Source: an uncultured Verrucomicrobiota bacterium
GTDB lineage: Bacteria > Verrucomicrobiota > Verrucomicrobiia > Palsa-1439
Direction of reading: 5' to 3'
Assembly: GCA_964533295.1 (NCBI GenBank)
Contig: CAZHLM010000003.1
Coordinates: 34,281 to 95,368 of the forward strand
DNA: 61,088 bases
Part shown: positions 11,004 to 20,438 of the stretch, one piece after another
Layout of the letters: each line of letters opens with the position of its first letter
How positions within the stretch are numbered: position 1 is the first letter of the stretch
Made by a program: the position numbers and the translations under genes
Notes under the pieces: generated by a model
Database searches by the model: none
Seen by the model: the letters and a program-made list of their open reading frames with translations, nothing else
What the model was told of the DNA's origin: nothing

Positions 11004-11870
11004 CTAGGATTCCTTGGCCAGCGCGTCGGCGCCCGAAACGACTTCCAACAACTGGCTGGTGATGCTGGCTTGGCGGGCGTTGTTGTACTCCCGCGTCAGG
11101 CCGGTGATCATTTCCGAGGCGCTGTCCGTGGCCGCCTTCATGGCGATCATGCGCGCCGCCTGCTCGCTCGCGAGGGATTCCACCAAGGCCCGGTAGACCA
11201 GCACCTCGATGTATTGCGGCAGCAAGCTGTCCAGCAATTGCCCCGCGCTCGGCTCAAATTCATACGCCGCCCTGGCGGGCTTGTCGCTGGCCGCCGCCGT
11301 GGCCAGCGGCAACAACGGGCTGACCACCGGCTGCGATTTCAAAACGCTGACAAACTGGGCGTAGGCCAGGTGAACCTCGTCGTAATGTCCCCGGCCATAG
11401 TCGCCGACGATGCGTTTGGCAATCGCGCCGATCTCTTCCAGGCGCACGTCGCGCGAGGGCTGCGGGAAATGTTGCGCGATCGTCACTCCCAGCCGTTGAA
11501 AATGATCGCGGCCTTTTCGGCCGACGGTGATCAACTCCACCGGCGCCCGCTGCTCCCGCAGGAATCGTTGCGCCTCGCGAATGATCCCCGCGTTGAACGC
11601 CCCGCACAACCCGCGATCGGCCGTCACCAACACCAGCGCCGCGCGCGCGACCGGACGGCGGGCCATCAGCGGGTGGCGGGCCGCGCCGCCGCTGGAAGCC
11701 ACCACATCCTGCAAAATCTCCGCCAGCCGAACCGCGTAGGGGCGGGCGGACTCGGCCTTGGATTGGGCGCGCCGCAAACGCGCCGCCGCGATCATGTTCA
11801 TCGCGCGGGTGACTTGCCGGATGTTTTTGACGCCTTTGATCCGGCGGCGGATGTCGCGGAGGGAAGCCAT
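11004..11870 (-). CDS. atpG: ATP synthase F1 gamma subunit
   Basis: TADRGLCGAFN, SEQAARMIAM, YNNARQASIT. Confidence 0.98.
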   Translation of the reverse strand: MASLRDIRRRIKGVKNIRQVTRAMNMIAAARLRRAQSKAESARPYAVRLAEILQDVVASSGGAARHPLMARRPVARAALVLVTADRGLCGAFNAGIIREAQRFLREQRAPVELITVGRKGRDHFQRLGVTIAQHFPQPSRDVRLEEIGAIAKRIVGDYGRGHYDEVHLAYAQFVSVLKSQPVVSPLLPLATAAASDKPARAAYEFEPSAGQLLDSLLPQYIEVLVYRALVESLASEQAARMIAMKAATDSASEMITGLTREYNNARQASITSQLLEVVSGADALAKES

Positions 11871-13420
11871 TACTTGCCGGAGAAGATTCCGCGAAACTCG
11901 TCCGCGGCTTTTTTCAAGCCCGCCACGATGTCGTCGGTCAGTTCTTTCTTGGCCCGCAACTGTTCCATCGTGGCGGCGTACTTGGTTTTGAGGAACTGGA
12001 GAAATTCGGTCTCGTATTTTCGGATGGCCGAAACGGCGACGCCGTCGAGATACCCGTTGGTGGCCGCCCAGATGACGGCCACCTGATCCTCGTTGGTCAT
12101 GGGCTGATACTGCGGTTGTTTCAGCAACTCGACCATGCGTTGGCCGCGTTCGAGTTGGGCTTTCGTGTTCTTGTCCAGATCGCTCGACAACTGCGCGAAA
12201 GCCGCCAGCTCCCGGTACTGCGCGAGGCTCAGCCGGAGCGTACCGGCGATCTTTTTCATCGCCTTGGTCTGCGCCGCGCCACCGACGCGGCTGACGGAAA
12301 GCCCGACCGAAATCGCCGGCCGAACTCCGGCATAGAACAGGTCGGATTCGAGGTAAATCTGGCCGTCGGTGATCGAAATGACGTTGGTGGGAATGTACGC
12401 GGAAAAGTCGCCCTCCTGCGTCTCGATGATCGGCAACGCGGTCAGTGACCCGCCGCCCTTGGGGTAGACCGGGTTCAGCTTCGGCGCCTCCGGATGCAAT
12501 TTGGCGGCGCGCTCCAGCAACCGGCTGTGGAGGTTGAAGATATCACCCGGGAAGGCTTCCCGACCGGGCGGACGGCGCAGCAGCAACGAAACCTGGCGGT
12601 AGGCAATCGCGTGTTTGGAAAGATCGTCGTAAATGATCAGCGCGTGCCGGCCGTTATCGCGGAAGTACTCGCCCATCGCGCAGCCCGCGTAGGGGGCTAC
12701 GAACTGCATCGGCGCCGGGTCGCTGGCGGTGGCGCTGACGACGATGGTGTAATCCATCGCTCCCGCTTTCGTCAGCGTATCCACGACGCTGACGACGGTG
12801 GATTTCTTCTGGCCAATCGCGACGTAAATGCACAACACATCGCCGCCGCGTTGATTGAGGATCGTGTCCACGCAAATCGCCGTCTTGCCGGTCTGGCGAT
12901 CGCCGATGATCAACTCGCGCTGGCCGCGACCAATCGGAATCATCGAGTCAATCGCTTTCAGGCCGGTCGCCAACGGTTGTTTGACCGGCTCGCGCTCGAT
13001 CACGCTGGGCGCGCGGCTCTCGATGGGCCGGTAGGTCTGACTGTTGAGGGGGCCTTTGCCGTCAATCGGCTGGCCAAGGGCGTTGACCACGCGGCCAAGA
13101 AGCGCGTCTCCGACAGGGACGCTGAGGACGCGGCCCGTCCGTTTGACGAGCTGGCCTTCCTCGATCTGGGTGTAGTCACCCAGAATCATCACGCCCACGT
13201 TGTCGCGCTCCAGATTGAGCGCCACGCCGTAGTTGCCGCCCGGAAACTCCAGCATTTCCTCCGACAGGCAGTTCGGCAGCCCTTTGACGCGGGCAATGCC
13301 GTCGCCACATTCGAGGACTTCGCCCACTTCCTCGACGGTCACTTCCGATTTGAAGTCGCGAATGCTGCGCTGCAGCACTTCAGAGATGTGTTTCGGGTCA
13401 AGTGTCAGGGTGTCGGGCAT
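11870..13420 (-). CDS. atpA: ATP synthase F1 alpha subunit
   Basis: [25 protein letters not shown]. Confidence 0.99.
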   Translation of the reverse strand: MPDTLTLDPKHISEVLQRSIRDFKSEVTVEEVGEVLECGDGIARVKGLPNCLSEEMLEFPGGNYGVALNLERDNVGVMILGDYTQIEEGQLVKRTGRVLSVPVGDALLGRVVNALGQPIDGKGPLNSQTYRPIESRAPSVIEREPVKQPLATGLKAIDSMIPIGRGQRELIIGDRQTGKTAICVDTILNQRGGDVLCIYVAIGQKKSTVVSVVDTLTKAGAMDYTIVVSATASDPAPMQFVAPYAGCAMGEYFRDNGRHALIIYDDLSKHAIAYRQVSLLLRRPPGREAFPGDIFNLHSRLLERAAKLHPEAPKLNPVYPKGGGSLTALPIIETQEGDFSAYIPTNVISITDGQIYLESDLFYAGVRPAISVGLSVSRVGGAAQTKAMKKIAGTLRLSLAQYRELAAFAQLSSDLDKNTKAQLERGQRMVELLKQPQYQPMTNEDQVAVIWAATNGYLDGVAVSAIRKYETEFLQFLKTKYAATMEQLRAKKELTDDIVAGLKKAADEFRGIFSGK

Positions 13421-13430
13421 GATCTACCTC

Positions 13431-13967
13431 TCACTGCGCTAACGTGGCTTTCAACTGGTCGAGTTTCCGCCGCAGACTGCCGTCAATAATCTGTTCGCCC
13501 ACGGTGATGACCGCGCCGCCGAGAATTGCCGGGTCCAGCCGCGGCACCAAGCGGACGTTCTTGCCGGTCAGGCGCGTCAGTTCCGCAGCCAGCCGGTTCA
13601 AGACCGAGTCGTCGAGTTCAACGGCCGTGGTCACTTCGCCGGTCACGGTCTGGCGCGCGGCGGCCGCGACCGCGCCAAATTCCTCGATGATGGCAAGCAC
13701 CCGACCCGCCCGATCCTGATCGCTCAACGTGGTCAGCAGCGAAAGCACCAACGGGTGGACGCGGCCTTGAAACAGCTCCGCCAACGCGCGCCGTTTGCCT
13801 TCGGCCTGGACGTTGGGGTCCTTGAGAAATTGCAGGAGTTCGGGATTGGTCTTGAGCAAATCCCGCAACCGGATGAGTTCCTCCTCGACGCGGGCGACCA
13901 CGCCTTCGGCCTGCGCCATCTCCCAGAGGGCGCGCGCGTAGCCGGTATGAATGGGGTCGTGGGCCAT
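13431..13967 (-). CDS. atpH: ATP synthase delta subunit
   Basis: YARAL N-terminus, DPAILGGAVITVGEQIIDGSL C-terminus; operon position. Confidence 0.95.
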   Translation of the reverse strand: MAHDPIHTGYARALWEMAQAEGVVARVEEELIRLRDLLKTNPELLQFLKDPNVQAEGKRRALAELFQGRVHPLVLSLLTTLSDQDRAGRVLAIIEEFGAVAAAARQTVTGEVTTAVELDDSVLNRLAAELTRLTGKNVRLVPRLDPAILGGAVITVGEQIIDGSLRRKLDQLKATLAQ

Positions 13968-14536
13968 TACTGTTTCCGCACCTTTGCGAGGTCTTGAATC
14001 AACGACTCCACCAACTGCCGGTGGGTCGCGGCGTTGACTTCCTTCTCAATCACGCGCCCGGCAATCTGCACAGAGATCGCGGCGATGGTGTCCTTCATCT
14101 CCTGAATCCCCTTCTCTTTCTGGCGCATGATTTCTTCCTGCGCGCGAGTGACGATGGCCGAGGCTTCGGCGTTGGCTTTGTCCACGACATCCTTGCGCAC
14201 CTTCTCGCCCAATTGCCGGGCTTCTTCGATGACCTTCCCGGCCTCGGCGCGGGCTTCGGCGAGCTGTTTCTGGTATTCCGCCATCATCTGCTTGGCTTCG
14301 GCGCGGGATTTTTCCGCGTCGTCAAGCGCCGCCTTGATCGTCTGACCGCGGCGATCCAGGGCGTCGGCAATCGGCTTAAACGCCAGTTTCGCCAGCAACC
14401 CCAACATCACGAGAAAGGTGACGATCACCCAGATTTGCAGGCCAAGGTTGGTCGGTTTGACATCCACACCACCTTCGGCCGCCAGCGCGACCACCGGGGC
14501 GAGCACGCCGCCGAGGAAAAATACGGCTTTCTTCAC
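13967..14536 (-). CDS. atpF: ATP synthase Fo b subunit
   Basis: TM helix ending LAFKPI followed by long Ala/Glu/Lys coiled coil; operon position. Confidence 0.93.
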   Translation of the reverse strand: MKKAVFFLGGVLAPVVALAAEGGVDVKPTNLGLQIWVIVTFLVMLGLLAKLAFKPIADALDRRGQTIKAALDDAEKSRAEAKQMMAEYQKQLAEARAEAGKVIEEARQLGEKVRKDVVDKANAEASAIVTRAQEEIMRQKEKGIQEMKDTIAAISVQIAGRVIEKEVNAATHRQLVESLIQDLAKVRKQ

Positions 14537-14554
14537 AGGGCCTCCGGGATTGGC

Positions 14555-14821
14555 TTATTTGAACACGAGAATGAACGCCACCAGCAGCGCGTACAACACC
14601 TGCGCTTCCACCAGCGCGAAGCCGATGAACATCAGGCGTTGAACCAGCGGCAACGCTTCCGGCTGCCGGGCCGCGCTCTCGATGGCTTTGCTGAAAATGT
14701 TGCCGATACCGATCGCGCCACCCATCGCGCCGATACCGATCGCGAGACCGCCACCGACGTACGCCAGCGCGGCGTTGCTCAACGCGGTTTTGCCGACTTC
14801 CACTGCCACTTCTGCTGCCAT
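14555..14821 (-). CDS. atpE: ATP synthase Fo c subunit
   Basis: Gly-rich helix, ARQPE loop, ion-binding Glu in FALVEAQVLY. Confidence 0.97.
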   Translation of the reverse strand: MAAEVAVEVGKTALSNAALAYVGGGLAIGIGAMGGAIGIGNIFSKAIESAARQPEALPLVQRLMFIGFALVEAQVLYALLVAFILVFK

Positions 14822-14844
14822 GTTCGTTCTCCTGTTGGTTTTCT

Positions 14845-15573
14845 CTAATGATGCTCTTCCAGAGACTCGCTCAAATAGAGCGCGGACAACAACGTGAAAA
14901 TAAACGCCTGGATAAACGCCACGAACAATTCAAACGCCACCAAAATCACGCTCAATGCAAACGGCATCACCGCCGCCGCTTTCGCCACAACATTCGGTTG
15001 CTCCAGCAACCATACCCCGCCCACCATCGGCGCCGTGGCAAACGTCAGCAACACCATGTGCCCAGCCGTCATGTTCGCGAACAGACGAACCGCGAGGGAA
15101 AACGGCTCCGCCAACAACACCAGGAACATAATCGGGATGGCCGGTATCTGCACCCACAGCGGCGCCGGCAGCAGGAATTTCTTCTTGAAATAACCCCACG
15201 GTCCCAGCTTCACGATCCCGACCAATTGCGCCACGACAAAGACCAACACCGCCAGCGCCGCCGTGACATTGATGTTGCCGGTCGGCGAGTGAAACCCCGG
15301 CAGCGGAATCTTGCCAATCAGATTGGCGAACAAGATGAAAAAGAACAGCGTCGCGAAGAAACCAAACCACTTCCGCCCGTGGTCCCCGAGAAACTCGCGC
15401 ACGATGTTCTCTTCCACAAACCCGACCATCGCCTCGACGAGGTTGGCGTAGCGGCCGGTGGCGACCGTGCCCGCCGCAATGAGGCGCGCGCCGATCAACA
15501 AAATCACAAAGGCCACCGCGGCGGCGGACCAGACCATGATCACATCGCCCGTGATTCCGAGATTGATCTCCAT
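14845..15573 (-). CDS. atpB: ATP synthase Fo a subunit
   Basis: SPTGNINVT, LAVRLFANMTAGH (essential Arg), FELFVAFIQAFIF. Confidence 0.96.
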   Translation of the reverse strand: MEINLGITGDVIMVWSAAAVAFVILLIGARLIAAGTVATGRYANLVEAMVGFVEENIVREFLGDHGRKWFGFFATLFFFILFANLIGKIPLPGFHSPTGNINVTAALAVLVFVVAQLVGIVKLGPWGYFKKKFLLPAPLWVQIPAIPIMFLVLLAEPFSLAVRLFANMTAGHMVLLTFATAPMVGGVWLLEQPNVVAKAAAVMPFALSVILVAFELFVAFIQAFIFTLLSALYLSESLEEHH

Positions 15574-15589
15574 AACGTGTTCCTGTTGC

Positions 15590-15892
15590 TTACCGCTTCT
15601 GCGACCACATCTGGCGCAGTTTCACCACGATGGGCACGGTGTAACAAACCACGACCGCGCCCACCAACCATCCCCGACTCAGCCGGCTGGGCGGCACCGT
15701 CGCCACTAACGCCAGCACCACCAACAGCAATCCAATCCGAACCGCCGAATCCATCAACTGCCGGCCAAACGACGGCATCTCGCCGCGCAACCGCGCCTCG
15801 TTCTGCCGCCGCAACGACCGCAACTGCCACCACGCGTACGCCCCTCCCAAGACCGCCCCGGCAACCAGTCCGTTCCACGCCGCTGACTCCAT
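15590..15892 (-). CDS. atpI: AtpI-like membrane protein
   Basis: Start reassigned to ATG 15892 with AGGAGG SD upstream; three hydrophobic segments; directly before atpB. Confidence 0.65.
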   Translation of the reverse strand: MESAAWNGLVAGAVLGGAYAWWQLRSLRRQNEARLRGEMPSFGRQLMDSAVRIGLLLVVLALVATVPPSRLSRGWLVGAVVVCYTVPIVVKLRQMWSQKR

Positions 15893-15899
15893 TTCCTCC

Positions 15900-16127
15900 T
15901 TACCGGCGCGGCGGCCGGCCGCCTCCCTCCTGCATGACGGCCCGCCAGACCACGGCCATCCCCCCCAACGCGCCCGCCACAAAAAACACGATCAAAAACA
16001 GCGGCGCCCGTCCCGTGCGCTCGTCCAGCCACCACCCCACCGCCGTGATGACGGCAGTCACGACGACCATCTGGACTCCCAGCGCCATGTATGACCCGAC
16101 ACCGCGCAACTCCGGTAACTTTTTCAT
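15900..16127 (-). CDS. AtpZ/AtpI family small membrane protein
   Basis: Two TM helices with GWWLDERTGRAPLF pattern typical of AtpZ/AtpI; first gene of the atp operon. Confidence 0.85.
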   Translation of the reverse strand: MKKLPELRGVGSYMALGVQMVVVTAVITAVGWWLDERTGRAPLFLIVFFVAGALGGMAVVWRAVMQEGGGRPPRR

Positions 16128-16162
16128 CAGGCATTCACGTCAGACACAGCCGCTGAAAAGCG

Positions 16163-16178
16163 TGTGAAAAAAATCACA
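16163..16178. promoter_or_regulatory. TGTGA-N6-TCACA palindrome (CRP-family or Rex-type operator)
   Basis: Exact TGTGA-AAAAAA-TCACA in the divergent atp/ppx intergenic region. Confidence 0.6.
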
Positions 16179-16219
16179 ACCTACCACCTCGCGCAAGACC
16201 TTTTTTCAAAAACTTTTCC

Positions 16220-16228
16220 TGCTATAAC
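16220..16228 (+). promoter_or_regulatory. Extended -10 promoter element (TGcTATAAC) for ppx
   Basis: TG-n-TATAAC ending 6 nt before the ppx ATG at 16235. Confidence 0.55.
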
Positions 16229-16234
16229 CCAGGC

Positions 16235-17080
16235 ATGCGCCGCGCCGTCATTGATGTGGGAACCAACACCGTCAAGCTCCTCGTCGCCGATGTGACCGGC
16301 CACGAGATCACCGTCGTCGCCCAAGACGACGCCCCCACCCGCCTCGGAGAAAACGTGCAGCAAACGCGGCGGCTGGCTCCCGCCGCCGTTGCCCGCACCG
16401 CCGACGTGGTTGCGGATTACTGCCGGCAGGCCCGCCGTCTCGGCGCGTCCGATATCCGCGCCTTCAGCACCAGCGCGGCGCGCGACGCAACCAACCGGGC
16501 CGATTTCCTGAACGCCGTGCGGGATCGCTGCGGCTTGGCGGTCGAAGTCATCACGGGAGAACGCGAGGCGGCGCTGATTTACCAAGGCGTGATCTCGGAC
16601 CCGTTTTTTGCCGATCAGTCGCTGCTGGTGATGGACGTGGGCGGCGGCAGCGCGGAATTCATCCAGTCTCACCGTCGGGTCAGCCTTCCCTTGGGAGCGG
16701 TCCGCCTCATGGAAATGTTCCGCGATGATTTTGCCGCGCTTTGCGCCCACATCCGCGCGGCACTGGCGCCGGTGCTGACGACGTACCGGCAGGAGGGACG
16801 GTTGCTGGTGGCGACGGGTGGCACGATCATCACGCTGACGAAGCTGCTGCGCGAGCGCGCCGATCACCAGGTTCTGACAGAGCCGGAACTGCGCGCCCTC
16901 GTGCTCCACCTGAATGCGATGCCGCTGGACGCCCGCCGTCAGGTTCCGCGCCTGCCGCCCGACCGCGCAGATATCATTGTGGCCGGTGGCATGGTGTTCG
17001 TGCTTGCAATGGAGACTTTGGACGTGACGAAACTGACCTGCAGCACCCGCAATCTGCGGTACGGCGCGCTGCTGGATTAG
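16235..17080 (+). CDS. ppx: Ppx/GppA phosphatase family protein (short form)
   Basis: AVIDVGTNTVK, VITGEREA, MDVGGGSAE, SLPLGAVRL, DRADIIVAG, NLRYG. Confidence 0.9.
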   Translation: MRRAVIDVGTNTVKLLVADVTGHEITVVAQDDAPTRLGENVQQTRRLAPAAVARTADVVADYCRQARRLGASDIRAFSTSAARDATNRADFLNAVRDRCGLAVEVITGEREAALIYQGVISDPFFADQSLLVMDVGGGSAEFIQSHRRVSLPLGAVRLMEMFRDDFAALCAHIRAALAPVLTTYRQEGRLLVATGGTIITLTKLLRERADHQVLTEPELRALVLHLNAMPLDARRQVPRLPPDRADIIVAGGMVFVLAMETLDVTKLTCSTRNLRYGALLD

Positions 17081-17090
17081 CCCAAAAGGC

Positions 17091-17119
17091 TTGCGATTTT
17101 TGGACGCCTCGCGTACTGT
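17091..17119 (+). promoter_or_regulatory. Putative sigma70 promoter for metK-ahcY operon
   Basis: TTGCGA (17091-17096), 17 nt spacer, TACTGT (17114-17119). Confidence 0.5.
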
Positions 17120-17143
17120 TCGCCGCTTCAAAAAGGACCATTC

Positions 17144-18316
17144 ATGAGCAAAGGCCGGTATATCTTCTCGTCGGAATCCGTTGGTGAAGGCCACCCGGAC
17201 AAGGTTTGCGACACGATCTCGGATGCCGTTTTGGACGCCTGTCTGGCCCAGGACAAGTTCAGCCGCGTCGCGTGCGAAACGTATGCCAAATCGAATGTGG
17301 TGGTCGTGGGCGGAGAGATCACCACCCAGGCCAAACTTGATTTTGTGAAGATCGCTCGCGACGCAATTCGCGGGATCGGTTATGTGAACGACGATGACGT
17401 GTTCCACGCCGACAAGGTATTCGTGCAGGTTCTCGTCACCCAGCAATCGCCGGACATCGCCCAGGGCGTGGACGCGCGGAAAGCCAAAGGCAAGCGAACC
17501 GCCAAACAAGGGGCCGGTGATCAAGGGCTGATGTTCGGCTATGCCTGCAACGAGACACCGGAGTTGATGCCCGCGCCGATCATGTTTGCGCACCGGCTCG
17601 GCCGGGAACTGACGCGCATCCGCAAATCCGGCACGGTGGGCTGGCTCCGACCGGATGCCAAGTCGCAGGTCTCGGTCGTGTACGAAAACGACAAGCCGGT
17701 CGCGATCTCAAACGTGGTCATCTCCACGCAACATGCGGCGGATGTGTCGCACCGCGAGATCGAACGGTTCTGCATCGAACAAGTGATCAAGAAAGTGCTG
17801 CCCGCGCGACTGCTGACCAGCAAGACCGAGTACCTGATCAACCCGACCGGCCGATTCGTCATCGGCGGTCCCCAGGGAGATACCGGGCTGACGGGGCGCA
17901 AAATCATTGTGGACTCCTACGGCGGCATGGGCCGACATGGCGGGGGGGCGTTTTCCGGCAAGGATCCGACGAAAGTGGACCGCAGCGCCGCCTACATGGG
18001 CCGCTGGGTCGCGAAGAACGTCGTGGCGGCCAAGCTGGCCGCCCGGTGTGAGTTGCAGTTCGCGTACGCCATCGGCCATCCCGAGCCGGTCAGTGTCCAT
18101 GTGGACACCTTCGGGACGGGCGTGGTTTCCGACGACCGGATTGCCCGCGCGATTAACCGTGTGTTCAGCTTTCAACCGGCGGACATCATCGCTCAACTAG
18201 ACCTTCGCCGTCCCATTTACGGCCGTACCACCAATTACGGACACTTCGGCAAAAGCGATCCCGCGCTGACGTGGGAACGAACCGACAAGATAAAGGAATT
18301 GAAACGCGCCCTGTAG
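17144..18316 (+). CDS. metK: S-adenosylmethionine synthetase
   Basis: [26 protein letters not shown] signatures. Confidence 0.99.
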   Translation: MSKGRYIFSSESVGEGHPDKVCDTISDAVLDACLAQDKFSRVACETYAKSNVVVVGGEITTQAKLDFVKIARDAIRGIGYVNDDDVFHADKVFVQVLVTQQSPDIAQGVDARKAKGKRTAKQGAGDQGLMFGYACNETPELMPAPIMFAHRLGRELTRIRKSGTVGWLRPDAKSQVSVVYENDKPVAISNVVISTQHAADVSHREIERFCIEQVIKKVLPARLLTSKTEYLINPTGRFVIGGPQGDTGLTGRKIIVDSYGGMGRHGGGAFSGKDPTKVDRSAAYMGRWVAKNVVAAKLAARCELQFAYAIGHPEPVSVHVDTFGTGVVSDDRIARAINRVFSFQPADIIAQLDLRRPIYGRTTNYGHFGKSDPALTWERTDKIKELKRAL

Positions 18317-18334
18317 CTTTGGAGTCTAACCGAT

Positions 18335-19801
18335 ATGCCAACCGTCAAACTCTCTCCGAGCCGACCGAAACTCACCAAGTCCAACGGCGCAGGCGCCTCT
18401 GGCGACTTCAAGGTTCGTGACCTGACGCTCGCCGAATGGGGCCGCAAGACCATTCAAGTTTCCGAGCATGAAATGCCGGGGTTGATGGCCATTCGCAAGA
18501 AATACGGCCCGGCCAAGCCACTGAAGGGCGTGCGGATTACCGGCTCGTTGCACATGACCATCGAGACGGCCATTCTCATCGAAACACTGGCCGAACTCGG
18601 CGCCTCCGTCCGCTGGGCCAGTTGCAATATTTTCTCCACGCAAGACCACGCGGCCGCCGCGATTGCCAAAGCGGGAATCCCCGTCTTTGCGTGGAAGGGC
18701 GAGACGTTGGAGGAGTACTGGGAATGCACGCTCGACGCGCTTACTCATCCGGGCATGAAAGGCCCGCAACTTGTCGTGGACGACGGCGGCGATGCGACCC
18801 TCCTCATTCACAAAGGCTACGAACTCGAAAACGGCAGCGATTGGGTTCACTCCAAATCCGCCAGCCACGAGGAACAGGTCATCAAAAACCTGCTCAAACG
18901 CGTCCTGAAAGATCGCCCGGGCTTCTGGCACAACGTGGTCAAAGATTGGAAGGGCGTCTCCGAGGAAACCACCACCGGCGTCCATCGCCTTTACCAGATG
19001 CTCGAAGCCGGCAAGCTGCTGGTGCCGGCGATCAATGTGAATGATTCCGTCACCAAATCGAAGTTCGACAACCTCTACGGCTGTCGGGAATCACTGGCCG
19101 ACGGAATCAAACGCGCTACCGATGTGATGGTGGCCGGCAAGGTGGCGGTCGTTTGCGGCTATGGCGATGTCGGCAAAGGCAGTGCGCATTCCCTGAAGGG
19201 TTTTGGCGCGCGCGTCATCGTGACGGAGATTGATCCCATCAATGCGCTGCAGGCCGCGATGGAAGGATTTGAAGTCACCACCGTCGAAGACACGCTCGGC
19301 AAAGCCGATATTTACGTCACCGCGACGGGCAACTGCGACGTGATCACGCTCGAACACCTGCAGCGAATGAAAGACCAAGCCATCGTCTGCAACATCGGGC
19401 ATTTCGACAACGAGATTCAGGTGGATCGCCTGAACAACGCCCCCGGCGTGAATAAGATCAACATCAAGCCCCAAGTGGACAAATACACGTTCGCCGACGG
19501 CCACAGCATTTATCTGCTGGCCGAAGGTCGGCTCGTGAACCTCGGTTGCGCGACCGGCCACCCCAGCTTCGTCATGTCCAACAGCTTCACCAACCAATGC
19601 CTCGCCCAGATGGATTTGTGGGCCAACAGGGACACCAACAAAGTCGGCGTGTACCGGCTCCCCAAGCGGCTCGACGAGGAGGTCGCCCGCCTTCATCTCG
19701 AAAAAATCGGAGTAAAACTCTCCAAGCTCACCCAAAAACAAGCCGACTACCTGGGCGTCTCGGTGGATGGCCCGTACAAGCCCGACCATTACCGGTACTG
19801 A
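18335..19801 (+). CDS. ahcY: Adenosylhomocysteinase
   Basis: [53 protein letters not shown]. Confidence 0.99.
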   Translation: MPTVKLSPSRPKLTKSNGAGASGDFKVRDLTLAEWGRKTIQVSEHEMPGLMAIRKKYGPAKPLKGVRITGSLHMTIETAILIETLAELGASVRWASCNIFSTQDHAAAAIAKAGIPVFAWKGETLEEYWECTLDALTHPGMKGPQLVVDDGGDATLLIHKGYELENGSDWVHSKSASHEEQVIKNLLKRVLKDRPGFWHNVVKDWKGVSEETTTGVHRLYQMLEAGKLLVPAINVNDSVTKSKFDNLYGCRESLADGIKRATDVMVAGKVAVVCGYGDVGKGSAHSLKGFGARVIVTEIDPINALQAAMEGFEVTTVEDTLGKADIYVTATGNCDVITLEHLQRMKDQAIVCNIGHFDNEIQVDRLNNAPGVNKINIKPQVDKYTFADGHSIYLLAEGRLVNLGCATGHPSFVMSNSFTNQCLAQMDLWANRDTNKVGVYRLPKRLDEEVARLHLEKIGVKLSKLTQKQADYLGVSVDGPYKPDHYRY

Positions 19802-19804
19802 TTC

Positions 19805-20050
19805 GTGCCGCGAATCACCCTCTACTCCAGGCCCGACTGCCGGCTCTGTGAGCGAGCGCGAGAGGTTTTGTTGCGGTGTCGCGAACAGGCCTCGTTCGAA
19901 TTGGAGTATGTGGACATCTCGCCGCACCCGGATTTGATGGCCCGATATGGTCATGACGTTCCCGTCATCCTGCTTGACGGCCAGGAGATCGCCCGGCACT
20001 TTGTGCGGGAACAACAACTGCTCGAACAATTGCGGAGGAATAACCCATGA
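19805..20050 (+). CDS. Glutaredoxin-like protein (DUF836-type)
   Basis: LYSRPDCRLC, YVDIS, YGHDVPVILLDG. Confidence 0.85.
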   Translation: MPRITLYSRPDCRLCERAREVLLRCREQASFELEYVDISPHPDLMARYGHDVPVILLDGQEIARHFVREQQLLEQLRRNNP

Positions 20051-20259
20051 ACATCAAACTGATCGCTTTGGCAGCCACCCTCGCCCTGACCGGCCTCTGC
20101 GTCGCTTACGCGGCGGATGGGGATAAAAAAGTGGAGGATCCGCGAATTGACAAACTGATTCAGCAGAATGAGCAAATCCTCAAAAACCAAGCGGAGATTC
20201 TCAAGCGCCTCGACAAGATTGACCAAGATCTGCTGCAACTGCGCCGACGAGTCAGTTAA
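20047..20259 (+). CDS. Small secreted coiled-coil hypothetical protein (70 aa)
   Basis: Signal peptide ending AYA, then heptad-like IDKLIQQNEQILKNQAEILKRLDKIDQDL; start overlaps previous stop. Confidence 0.7.
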   Translation: MNIKLIALAATLALTGLCVAYAADGDKKVEDPRIDKLIQQNEQILKNQAEILKRLDKIDQDLLQLRRRVS

Positions 20260-20356
20260 TTTCGGCTTGCGATTCACTGCGGCTTTTACTACAACTCGGC
20301 CAAGAAAAAAACGGAGAATTGGCGCACGCCAATTGGCCGTTTTTCTTTGGTTAAAA

Positions 20357-20374
20357 TGCTAAAACGGTTTAGCA
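20357..20374. promoter_or_regulatory. TGCTAAA-acgg-TTTAGCA inverted repeat, possible LacI-family operator
   Basis: 7-bp perfect arms around an AAACGGTTT core, directly after a TAAAAT hexamer and upstream of the GH13 gene. Confidence 0.4.
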
Positions 20375-20438
20375 CAACTCGGCGGCCCCCATGCCGTGTG
20401 CCGTCGCCAATCACGGAAGCTTGCCGGGAGAACCGGTC

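Noticed and set aside
12460-12510. Insertion in AtpA ([17 protein letters not shown])
   Set aside because: This loop is known to vary in length among alpha subunits; not distinctive.
16235-17080. ppx or pheT as truncated pseudogenes because they are shorter than E. coli homologues
   Set aside because: Both are uninterrupted, keep their motifs in order and end at plausible C-termini; short forms are common.
17081-18334. SAM or SAH riboswitch before metK or ahcY
   Set aside because: The predicted metK leader and the metK-ahcY gap are each under about 20 nt, too short for an aptamer.
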